Positions 56,172-64,000 of a stretch of 64,000 nt of DNA are shown piece by piece (position 1 is the stretch's first letter; each line of letters begins with the position of its first letter). This DNA comes from Eubacteriales bacterium (lineage in GTDB: Bacteria; Bacillota; Clostridia; Oscillospirales; CAG-272). The notes under the pieces were generated by a model. It had not been told where the DNA came from. It did not search any database and saw only the letters and a list, made by a program, of their open reading frames with translations. The translations under genes and the position numbers were made by a program. The stretch spans positions 13,166-77,165 of the forward strand of contig JAZQUS010000054.1 of the NCBI GenBank assembly GCA_045631445.1, in the 5' to 3' direction.

Positions 56172-59006
56172 ATGGTTAAAAATATTGTTGTTAAAGGCGC
56201 AAGAGTTAACAATTTAAAAAATATTGATGTTTTTATTCCAAGAGATAAACTTGTTATTCTTACAGGCTTGTCGGGTTCGGGAAAAACGTCACTTGCTTTT
56301 GATACTATCTATGCCGAGGGACACAGGCAGTTTGTTGAATCACTTTCCTCATATGCAAGAATGTTTTTGGGTCAGATGGACAAGCCGGATATAGACTCTA
56401 TAGAGGGGCTTTCACCCGCAATCTCCATAGATCAAAAAACAACCTCTAAAAATCCACGTTCTACAGTAGGTACAGTAACCGAGATTTATGACTATCTTCG
56501 TTTGCTTTATGCGAGAATTGGAATTCCGCACTGCCCAGAATGTGGAAAAGAAATCAGACGTCAAACCATTGACCAAATAATAGATAGAATTATGACATTG
56601 GATGAAGGCACAAGATTTATGGTGCTTTCCCCCGTAGTGAGAGGTCAAAAGGGAAGACACGAAAAGATTTTTGCCGATGCGAAAAAAAGTGGTTTTGTTC
56701 GTGTTCGCGTGGACGGAAATATGTATGAGCTTAGTGAGGACATAATTCTCGACAAAAACAAGAAGCACGATATTGAAATTGTTGTTGACCGTCTTGTTAT
56801 GCGTCAAGATATACGCTCACGCCTGTCAGATTCCGTTGAGAGCGCACTTTCTGCTTCGGACGGGTATTTGTTGATAGTAACTGTTCCGCGCGAAAATGAA
56901 GAAACTGAGGAGCTTTCGTTCTCACAATCATATGCTTGCGAAGAACATGGCTTTTCTATTGGTGATCTTGAGCCAAGAATGTTTTCGTTCAATAATCCAA
57001 CAGGCGCATGTCCCAAATGCTTTGGACTTGGAACTTTAAGAAAATTATCTATCGATAAGATAATACCGGATAAATCTCTTTCATTACACGAAGGTGGCAT
57101 TGCCGTTAATGGCTTCAAATCACTGGATGAAGAAAGTTGGAACGGACCATTGTTTATTGCCGTTGGTGAAAGATTTGGATTTGATCTTGATACTCCACTC
57201 GAGCAATTCACCCCTGAAGCTATGGATATATTGCTTTATGGTAGCGAGGATGAAACTTATGATATCGTTAGGTATTTCGGTGGCGAGGCACATAAGCAAA
57301 AAGCAAAATTTGATGGTATCATTAAAATAATCGAACAAAGAATGAATATGCAAAATAATGCCGATTATTATGATGAGTTTATTGAAGATGCTCCTTGTCC
57401 CGAATGTAACGGAAGACGTTTAGCACCTGCTGCCCTTGCTGTAACAATTGGTGATGTTTCTATTGATAAATTTTGTGATAAGCAGATCAAATACGAACTT
57501 GATTTTGTTAACGGATTGACTTTAACAGAAACTGAAGAAGTTATTGCAAAAGAAATCTTAAAGGAAATTCGCGCAAGACTTAGCTTTTTGTCAAGTGTTG
57601 GACTTGATTATTTAACACTTTCAAGAAAAGCGGGGACTTTGTCGGGTGGCGAAGCTCAAAGAATTAGACTTGCAACACAAATAGGTTCATCTCTTGTGGG
57701 TGTGCTTTATATACTTGATGAACCGAGTATTGGTTTGCATCAAAGAGATAATTCTAAACTTATTGCAACCCTTAAAAAACTTCGAGATATGGGAAATACA
57801 GTTATTGTTGTTGAGCATGATGAAGAAACCATGCTTGAGTCCGATTATATTATAGATATAGGTCCAGGTGCGGGAATTCACGGTGGAGAAGTTGTTGCGG
57901 CAGGTACTCCCGAAGAAATTATGAATTCACCTAAATCAATAACAGGTGCCTATCTTTCAAGACGAAAAGAAATTCCTATGCCTTTGTCACGAAGAAGCGG
58001 AAATGGAAATTATCTTGAAATTATAGGAGCACAAGAACATAATTTGAAGAATATTGATGTAAAAATTCCTCTCGGAACGTTTACAGTTGTGAGTGGAGTT
58101 TCGGGTTCGGGTAAGTCATCACTTGTAAATGGTATTTTGTATCCTAAACTTGCTACTAAACTTAATAATGCATTTTATCAAGTGCCTGGTAAACACGATA
58201 AAATCATTGGATATGAAAATCTTGACAAAGTTATTTGTATTGACCAAAGTCCGATTGGTAGAACTCCACGCTCAAATCCTGCAACATATACGGGTTTATT
58301 TACTGATATAAGAAACCTTTTTGCGCAAACAACTGATGCAAAATCAAGAGGATATAATTCGGGAAGATTTTCATTCAATGTAAAGGGCGGAAGATGTGAA
58401 GCGTGTGAGGGAGATGGTGTAAAATGTATTGAAATGCACTTTTTACCTGACGTTTATGTTACTTGTGACGTTTGCAAAGGCAAGAGATATAATAGAGATA
58501 CTCTTGATGTTAAGTTTAAGGGTAAAAATATTTCAGATGTTCTTGAAATGACTATCGAAGAAGGACTTAATTTCTTTGATGGCTTGCCTAAAATTCGCAA
58601 GAAGCTTGAAACCATGTACGATGTTGGACTTGGCTATATCAAAATTGGACAGTCCTCTACAACACTTTCAGGTGGTGAAGCGCAAAGAGTAAAACTTGCA
58701 ACTGAACTTGCAAAGCGCAGTACAGGAAAAACCATATATATTCTTGACGAACCAACAACAGGACTTCATACAGAAGATGTTTCAAAGCTTTTAACTATTC
58801 TTAAACGTCTTGTTGATGGTGGAAATACAGTTCTTGTTATTGAGCACAATCTTGATGTGATAAAGAGCTCAGATTATATTATTGATCTTGGACCCGAGGG
58901 TGGAGATGGTGGTGGTACAATCGTTGCCCAAGGAACCCCTGAACAAGTGGCACAAAATTCAAACAGTTATACAGGTCAATATCTTAAAAAGGTATTTGGA
59001 TTATAA
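56172..59006 (+). CDS. uvrA: excinuclease ABC subunit A
   Basis: ATG 56172 follows AAGGAAA. Two ABC modules ([18 protein letters not shown]), two LSGGE signatures and zinc-finger CxxC pairs. Confidence 0.95.
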   Translation: MVKNIVVKGARVNNLKNIDVFIPRDKLVILTGLSGSGKTSLAFDTIYAEGHRQFVESLSSYARMFLGQMDKPDIDSIEGLSPAISIDQKTTSKNPRSTVGTVTEIYDYLRLLYARIGIPHCPECGKEIRRQTIDQIIDRIMTLDEGTRFMVLSPVVRGQKGRHEKIFADAKKSGFVRVRVDGNMYELSEDIILDKNKKHDIEIVVDRLVMRQDIRSRLSDSVESALSASDGYLLIVTVPRENEETEELSFSQSYACEEHGFSIGDLEPRMFSFNNPTGACPKCFGLGTLRKLSIDKIIPDKSLSLHEGGIAVNGFKSLDEESWNGPLFIAVGERFGFDLDTPLEQFTPEAMDILLYGSEDETYDIVRYFGGEAHKQKAKFDGIIKIIEQRMNMQNNADYYDEFIEDAPCPECNGRRLAPAALAVTIGDVSIDKFCDKQIKYELDFVNGLTLTETEEVIAKEILKEIRARLSFLSSVGLDYLTLSRKAGTLSGGEAQRIRLATQIGSSLVGVLYILDEPSIGLHQRDNSKLIATLKKLRDMGNTVIVVEHDEETMLESDYIIDIGPGAGIHGGEVVAAGTPEEIMNSPKSITGAYLSRRKEIPMPLSRRSGNGNYLEIIGAQEHNLKNIDVKIPLGTFTVVSGVSGSGKSSLVNGILYPKLATKLNNAFYQVPGKHDKIIGYENLDKVICIDQSPIGRTPRSNPATYTGLFTDIRNLFAQTTDAKSRGYNSGRFSFNVKGGRCEACEGDGVKCIEMHFLPDVYVTCDVCKGKRYNRDTLDVKFKGKNISDVLEMTIEEGLNFFDGLPKIRKKLETMYDVGLGYIKIGQSSTTLSGGEAQRVKLATELAKRSTGKTIYILDEPTTGLHTEDVSKLLTILKRLVDGGNTVLVIEHNLDVIKSSDYIIDLGPEGGDGGGTIVAQGTPEQVAQNSNSYTGQYLKKVFGL

Positions 59007-59011
59007 AAATA

Positions 59012-59048
59012 AGCGACAGCATAAATTTTGCTGTCGCTATATTTTTTA
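59012..59048. terminator. bidirectional terminator between uvrA (+) and pgm (-)
   Basis: 9-bp stem AGCGACAGC / GCTGTCGCT with T-runs on both strands. The plus-strand T-run overlaps the pgm stop codon. Confidence 0.85.
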
Positions 59049-60770
59049 TACAAAATTGTTAATAAATGCCTTGTAAGCATCTAATTTCAAATTCATTTCA
59101 TTCTTGCTTGATCCGGAAAGCAAATAATAGAATTTGATTTTAGGTTCTGTTCCTGAAGGTCGGGCAATAACTACGTCACCATTTTCCATCTTGAAGGAAA
59201 TAACGTTTGAAGAGGGAAGATTGGTGGAAACTGATTCTCCATTGCGTTTGTTAGTGATAGTTTGTTTGAGGTAATCCCCAACTTCAACTATCTTATTATT
59301 TGCGATAGAATCGGGCGCATTATTACGCAATGTATTCATAAGAGCGGCCATTTTTTCTTTGCCATCAATACCCTCCATATATAATTCTTGGTTGGCTTCA
59401 AGATAATATCCGTACTTTTCATAGAGTCCGTTCAAAGCATCAAATAATGTCATACCTTTGGCGTGATAGTGTGCAGTCATTTCACAAATAAGCATAGTTG
59501 CAACAACGGCATCCTTATCCCTTGCATAAGTGCCCTTAAGATAGCCATAACTTTCCTCAAAGCCAAAGAGATATGCAGCATCCGCCCCTGCTTGTTCATA
59601 GTTTTTGATAACCTCTCCAATGAACTTGAAACCTGTTAAAACATTATGAAGTTTAACATTGTGAGCCTCACAAATTTTTGCTACAAGCTCAGTTGAAACA
59701 ATAGTTTTTACCGCATAAGGATTGTTGGGCATTGTGCCTGTTTCTTCGTATGCAGTAATAATATAATCAATAAGCAAGGCGCCCATTTGGTTACCGGAAA
59801 TAGTAACGAAATTGCCTTTATTGTTTTTGGTTACAACACCAACTCGGTCGGCATCGGGGTCGGTAGCAATTACAAGTGTACTACCAACGTTGTTAGCTAT
59901 TTCAATACCAAGTTCAAAAACTTCAGGGTACTCGGGATTAGGCTTTGCAACTGTAGGGAAGTTTCCATTAATTTCCATCTGTTCAGGAACGACATAAAGA
60001 TGCTCAACACCACAACGAGCTAAAATATCAGGAATCAATCTATAACCGGTTCCATGAAGTGGAGAATATACGATTTGAAGGTCGTCTGCTACTTTTTTTA
60101 TAGCGTCCGGATTAACAAGTTGCTGCATAACTGCCGCGAGATATTTTTCATCCATATCTTGATCAAGAATTACTATTTTGCCTTGATCTACGCATTTGTC
60201 AAAATCTGCATATTTTACATCATTGAAAATATCTATTTTTTCTATTTCAGAGGATACTGTTTTTGCATGCTCGGGTGGAAGCTGTGCTCCATCTTCCCAA
60301 TACGCCTTATATCCGTTATATTCCTTTGGATTGTGTGAGGCGGTAATATTGATACCAGCAACACAACGAAGTTCTCTTAGTGCAAAGGAAAGCTCGGGGG
60401 TTGGGCGAAGCTCGTCAAAGATATACGCTTTGATTCCATTTGCGGCAAGAACACTAGCAGAAACCTTAGCAAAAAGCTCAGAATTGTTTCTTGAGTCATA
60501 AGCGATTACAACCCCGTCATGTGCGCGATTTTCTTTGATAATAAGGTTCGCAAGGCCTTGTGTAGCTTGTGCAACGGTAAATTTGTTCATAGCATTTGTA
60601 CCAAGACGCATTTTTCCACGAAGACCCGCAGTACCAAATTCAAGAGAAGTATAAAAGCGTTCTTTAATATCAATTTCATTTTCTGCAATGGATTTAAGTT
60701 CATTTCTTTCTTCTGTTGAAAGAGATGATGACTCTAACCATTTAAGATATTCCTGTCTGTAAAGTTCCAT
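59046..60770 (-). CDS. phosphoglucomutase/phosphomannomutase family protein
   Basis: Active-site TASHNP, the metal-binding loop ATDPDADR, and GFEESYG. Confidence 0.88.
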   Translation of the reverse strand: MELYRQEYLKWLESSSLSTEERNELKSIAENEIDIKERFYTSLEFGTAGLRGKMRLGTNAMNKFTVAQATQGLANLIIKENRAHDGVVIAYDSRNNSELFAKVSASVLAANGIKAYIFDELRPTPELSFALRELRCVAGINITASHNPKEYNGYKAYWEDGAQLPPEHAKTVSSEIEKIDIFNDVKYADFDKCVDQGKIVILDQDMDEKYLAAVMQQLVNPDAIKKVADDLQIVYSPLHGTGYRLIPDILARCGVEHLYVVPEQMEINGNFPTVAKPNPEYPEVFELGIEIANNVGSTLVIATDPDADRVGVVTKNNKGNFVTISGNQMGALLIDYIITAYEETGTMPNNPYAVKTIVSTELVAKICEAHNVKLHNVLTGFKFIGEVIKNYEQAGADAAYLFGFEESYGYLKGTYARDKDAVVATMLICEMTAHYHAKGMTLFDALNGLYEKYGYYLEANQELYMEGIDGKEKMAALMNTLRNNAPDSIANNKIVEVGDYLKQTITNKRNGESVSTNLPSSNVISFKMENGDVVIARPSGTEPKIKFYYLLSGSSKNEMNLKLDAYKAFINNFV

Positions 60771-60795
60771 AATTTTTCAACCTTTCAAATTAGAA

Positions 60796-61050
60796 TTATT
60801 GGTTTTTATAGTTTTTAAGTGCATTGGCTAATTGGTCAGGGCAGGATGTGGATCTTGGTCCGCATTTAATTCCTTCAAGGCGTCTGATTGCTTCCTCAAT
60901 ATGCATATCAACAACTAAAGCTGCAACACCTTGGGTATTGCCTGAGCATCCGCCGGTGAATTTTACATTTTCAATAATACCTGCTTCGTTAACCTCAATG
61001 TCGATTTGTCGAGAGCAGGTTCCTTTAGTTTCATAAGTAATGTGTGCCAT
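60796..61050 (-). CDS. TSCPD domain protein (TIGR03905-like)
   Basis: 84 aa with GGCSGN and the RSTSCPDQLA motif. Confidence 0.75.
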   Translation of the reverse strand: MAHITYETKGTCSRQIDIEVNEAGIIENVKFTGGCSGNTQGVAALVVDMHIEEAIRRLEGIKCGPRSTSCPDQLANALKNYKNQ

Positions 61051-61052
61051 AT

Positions 61053-62369
61053 TTATTTCTCCTTTTTATTTTTCAGTTTTAGATGTTTATTTAAATAATT
61101 TTTTAATGGTTTTGTTTTCTTTTCGGATATTTTTTCTGCATTACCAACATAGTAATAATCAAGAGATGTTTCAAGATTTTTTCTTCGTAATGAGTTCATT
61201 GTGTGTTGATTTATGAGGTTAATTGCTACCGCAAACACTGGAACGCCAATTACCATACCGAAAATTCCGAATAATCCTCCCATTGAGATAATCGCAATAA
61301 TGGTAGCAAGTGAACTGATGTTAATTTTATCACCCAAAATGTGAGGACAAATAAGATTGCCATCAATTTGCTGAATAATTACGATCAGAACGATAAACAA
61401 AATGAGCTTGTTGGGGGCAGTTAACAAAACCAAAAAGGCTGCAGGAATTCCACCAATGAATGGTCCAAAAATTGGAATAACATTGGTAACGGCAATGATG
61501 CAAGAAAGTAAAAGCGGAATTGGCAATCTAAATATACTAAACACAATATAACAAATTATACCTACTACTCCCGCATCGATTAACTGACCTTCAATGAATC
61601 CGCCAAACGTACGATCAAGTAGTTTTCCAAAACGCACGATGGAGCGAACCTTTTTGGGAGTTAAAAAGCTATTTAAAAATCTTCTTAAATATGCTTTAAC
61701 TCTTTCTTTGGTCATTAACATATATCCAGCAATAAACATTCCAAGAACGATATTTTTAATGGCATTAAAGAGGGAAGTGCCGAACCCTAATGCAATATTA
61801 AAAAGCGGTTTAATGGAATTGTTATTTTTTAAAAAAATTGACGAAAAATCTCCAGATGCGAGATTTTCAACCCAAGGTAAGTGGGTGTTTATTCGTTCTA
61901 ATAGAATATCGGGATTTATTCTTCCAATTTTATTAAATAGTTTGCTATTATCAAGGATACCGTTTAGATTATTAGATAGATCAACGATTGTATTTTTGTA
62001 ATTAACAACATATGAATCCCAAAAGCTTGTTATGGTTGAAATTAGGCTTGGAACAAGCATAGTGAGTATGAATACAATTAGAACGATTATCAAAACAAAA
62101 GTAATCAATATTGAAAAAAGTCGTCTGATGTTGAACTTAGGAATCCATTTGAAAACCCTACGTTCGAAGAATGAAACTATTGGATTTGATAAATAAGCAA
62201 TTACAAAACCGACAGTAATAGGTGCAGTGATTTTCCAAAAACCATCAAAAAAGCTCTGGATTTTGCCAGTTATGAACCCATATACCAACACAATGCAAAC
62301 GAGTATAATAGTTGCAATAATCAACGTTTTTATTATGGTTTTTCTATATGTGGAAATCCAATTGCTCAT
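61053..62369 (-). CDS. AI-2E family transporter (PerM/UPF0118)
   Basis: Polytopic membrane protein with the characteristic VTNVIPIFGPFIGGIPA motif. Confidence 0.85.
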   Translation of the reverse strand: MSNWISTYRKTIIKTLIIATIILVCIVLVYGFITGKIQSFFDGFWKITAPITVGFVIAYLSNPIVSFFERRVFKWIPKFNIRRLFSILITFVLIIVLIVFILTMLVPSLISTITSFWDSYVVNYKNTIVDLSNNLNGILDNSKLFNKIGRINPDILLERINTHLPWVENLASGDFSSIFLKNNNSIKPLFNIALGFGTSLFNAIKNIVLGMFIAGYMLMTKERVKAYLRRFLNSFLTPKKVRSIVRFGKLLDRTFGGFIEGQLIDAGVVGIICYIVFSIFRLPIPLLLSCIIAVTNVIPIFGPFIGGIPAAFLVLLTAPNKLILFIVLIVIIQQIDGNLICPHILGDKINISSLATIIAIISMGGLFGIFGMVIGVPVFAVAINLINQHTMNSLRRKNLETSLDYYYVGNAEKISEKKTKPLKNYLNKHLKLKNKKEK

Positions 62370-62456
62370 CGTAATTATCCTTTCTCAAAAAATCGTTGTA
62401 TAAATTATATTATAAATAAAAAAGCAAATTAAGTCAATAGATTTTACGCGATTCTA

Positions 62457-62485
62457 TTGAAAAAATATGTATTTTATGATATTAT
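62457..62485 (+). promoter_or_regulatory. sigma-A type promoter (extended -10) of ispE
   Basis: TTGAAA (62457-62462), 17-nt spacer, TGaTATTAT (-10 at 62480-62485). Confidence 0.6.
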
Positions 62486-62516
62486 TATACTAGTATATTT
62501 ATCAAAGGAGAACACT

Positions 62517-63455
62517 ATGGAATCACATATCGAAAAAGCTTATGCAAAAATCAATCTTTTTCTTGATATTTTAGGGAAAAGAGATGATGGATATCACGAT
62601 ATATATACAATTATGCAATTGGTGACCTTGTATGATGAAGTTGAGATTACATTGACAAAAAATGATGATATTAATCTAACTATAAAAAATGCAGTTCTCG
62701 ATATTCCAAAGGAGAAAAATCTTGCATACATAGCTGCAATAAAATTTTATGAAAATTTAAACAAAACCTTGTTAAGAGTTAGCAGTAGAGCAGATATTAC
62801 AATAACCAAAAATATACCTGCTGCTGCGGGACTTGCAGGTGGCAGTGCAGATGCGGCAGCGGTTTTGAGAGGGTTGAATACAATTTATGGCAAACCGTAT
62901 ACTAAGGAGCAACTTTGCGAAATTGGTATGACGATAGGTGCAGATGTGCCGTTTTGCATAATTGGTGGAACCAAAGTGTGTCAAGGCAAAGGGGAAATGA
63001 AATTAGATATACGAGGATTAAGATATTTTAGAATTCTTATTGCTTGTAACGATCAAAAAGAGTCAACCGCAAAGCAATATCAACGACTTGATGAAAAATA
63101 TGATAACTTTAAAAACTATCCAATCAACCTGAAGTTTTCTGAAACAGTTAATGCATTGATGAATATTGAGGATAGAAGAGCCTTAAAATCGATGTATAAT
63201 GTGTTTGAAACATTATATGATGAAAACTCCGGTGTTCAAAAAATCAAAAAAATCATGTACGAAAATGACGCACGTCTTGCAATGTTAAGTGGAAGCGGTC
63301 CTGCGGTGTTTGGAGTGTTTGATGATTTTGTTTATATGGAGGATGCACAAGCTGCGCTTGAAAAGGAAGGTATAAAAACATACCCATGTATGATGATAAA
63401 TCTTGAATACGATTACTTAATTCCTGGTCGAGACCCTTCAACCTTGAGATTTTAA
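62517..63455 (+). CDS. ispE: 4-(cytidine 5'-diphospho)-2-C-methyl-D-erythritol kinase
   Basis: ATG 62517 follows AAAGGAG. AYAKINLFLDI N-terminus and the GHMP kinase motif PAAAGLAGGSADAAAV. Confidence 0.9.
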   Translation: MESHIEKAYAKINLFLDILGKRDDGYHDIYTIMQLVTLYDEVEITLTKNDDINLTIKNAVLDIPKEKNLAYIAAIKFYENLNKTLLRVSSRADITITKNIPAAAGLAGGSADAAAVLRGLNTIYGKPYTKEQLCEIGMTIGADVPFCIIGGTKVCQGKGEMKLDIRGLRYFRILIACNDQKESTAKQYQRLDEKYDNFKNYPINLKFSETVNALMNIEDRRALKSMYNVFETLYDENSGVQKIKKIMYENDARLAMLSGSGPAVFGVFDDFVYMEDAQAALEKEGIKTYPCMMINLEYDYLIPGRDPSTLRF

Positions 63456-63456
63456 T

Positions 63457-63698
63457 ATGGGGGAAGTAATCCTATCAACACCCAATTATACAAAATGCCC
63501 GACAGTTTTGTTTAATTGCAATAAATTGAAAACCTTTAGGTTTTCTACCCGTGCAATTATACAAAACAGTCCATTTTGTAAGTTTGGCAGGCGCACGGTT
63601 GCGCTTTGAATCTGCCAAACGGTTAATTGGAACTCGTTAGTGGGGAAGAACTAAAATAAAACAAAATTTTTAGCAGGAACTTTGTTCCTGCTTTTTTA
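63457..63698 (+). ncRNA. candidate structured RNA (3'UTR element or small RNA) of unknown class
   Basis: Four helix-forming segments allow mutually exclusive pairings. There is also a 7-bp hairpin (63528-63545), a bipartite 9+5 bp hairpin (63582-63620) and a terminal intrinsic terminator. I recognise no match to a known RNA family. Confidence 0.3.
63672..63698 (+). terminator. Rho-independent terminator
   Basis: Stem AGCAGGAA / TTCCTGCT, 5-nt loop, then TTTTTT. Confidence 0.85.
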
Positions 63699-63724
63699 TT
63701 TAAATTTATAGTGAAAGAGATTTT

Positions 63725-63758
63725 ATCTCGTTGTGTTTCGGCACAACGAGATTTTTTA
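63725..63758 (+). terminator. second Rho-independent terminator-like hairpin
   Basis: 11-bp stem ATCTCGTTGTG / CACAACGAGAT, TTTCGG loop, then TTTTTT. It lies 30 nt upstream of the next start codon. Confidence 0.7.
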
Positions 63759-63787
63759 ATTTATTGCAGAAACATAGGAGGGTAAAA

Positions 63788-64000
63788 ATGATTTACTGCA
63801 CAAACAAAACATTTATTAAAATTTTCCGAGTATTTGATTACGGAAAGGTTAAGGTGTGTGAAGGTGGCACATCAGAAAAGCTCGAAGGAGAAAACAATTA
63901 TCGCAAATCTTATTGGAAGGTTGTGCTTCGCGGAGAAGCTATGAAGAATATTCCTGTTGAATCCGGTTGCACAATTGCGGCTACGCGATACAAGATTGAA
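63788..64000 (+). CDS. hypothetical protein, N-terminal fragment (runs off the window)
   Basis: ATG 63788 is preceded by AGGAGGG. The frame stays open for 71 codons to the window end (MIYCTNKTFIKIFRVFDYGKVKVCEGG...). I do not recognise the family. Confidence 0.4.
   Translation, partial: MIYCTNKTFIKIFRVFDYGKVKVCEGGTSEKLEGENNYRKSYWKVVLRGEAMKNIPVESGCTIAATRYKIE

Noticed and set aside
63457-63609. 50-codon ORF (MGEVILSTPNYTKCPTVLFNC...) starting 1 nt after the ispE stop
   Set aside because: It has no Shine-Dalgarno sequence. Its sequence is dictated by the direct and inverted repeats of the region, and it ends inside a strong hairpin. An RNA-level function seems more likely, although a small protein cannot be excluded without ribosome profiling.

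Overview
AT-rich, densely packed chromosomal segment from a low-GC Firmicute, most likely a spore-forming gut Clostridia member. Sporulation genes yabP, yabQ, divIC-like and dpaA/dpaB are present, as is a choloylglycine (bile-salt) hydrolase. I see no rRNA, tRNA, CRISPR array, transposase or prophage. Most of the window is core housekeeping: cdaA-cdaR, recJ-rel-dtd, the Bacillus-like yabM-mazG-(hup)-yabO-yabP-yabQ-divIC block, trxB, pgi, nrdDG with tandem NrdR boxes, miaB-mutS-mutL-tgt-glyQS, uvrBA, pgm and ispE. The parts that are not routine are listed here. (1) A two-gene G3E/COG0523-like metallochaperone module at 51.4-53.5 kb. One protein carries an ~85-residue H/E/D/C-only insert built from 51-bp tandem repeats. 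Its partner joins a degenerate P-loop domain to a DUF1980/TIGR03943-like CCxxD domain. (2) A membrane-anchored S1 serine protease at 48.9-50.7 kb with five 41-residue His/Cys repeats and an unassigned C-terminal domain. (3) A compact type IV pilus/pseudopilus operon at 27.8-33.4 kb with pilins first and the ATPase last. It contains an unassigned 249-aa cytoplasmic ORF and has no PilN/O/T. (4) An EndoA/MazF toxin gene with no adjacent antitoxin ORF. (5) A ~240-nt structured intergenic element after ispE with mutually exclusive helices and its own terminator. Several intergenic signals are also recorded: phased A-tracts, an SD-sequestering hairpin, promoter-overlapping palindromes and a 16-bp tandem duplication. 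All protein-family calls come from motif recognition by eye, not from database searches.
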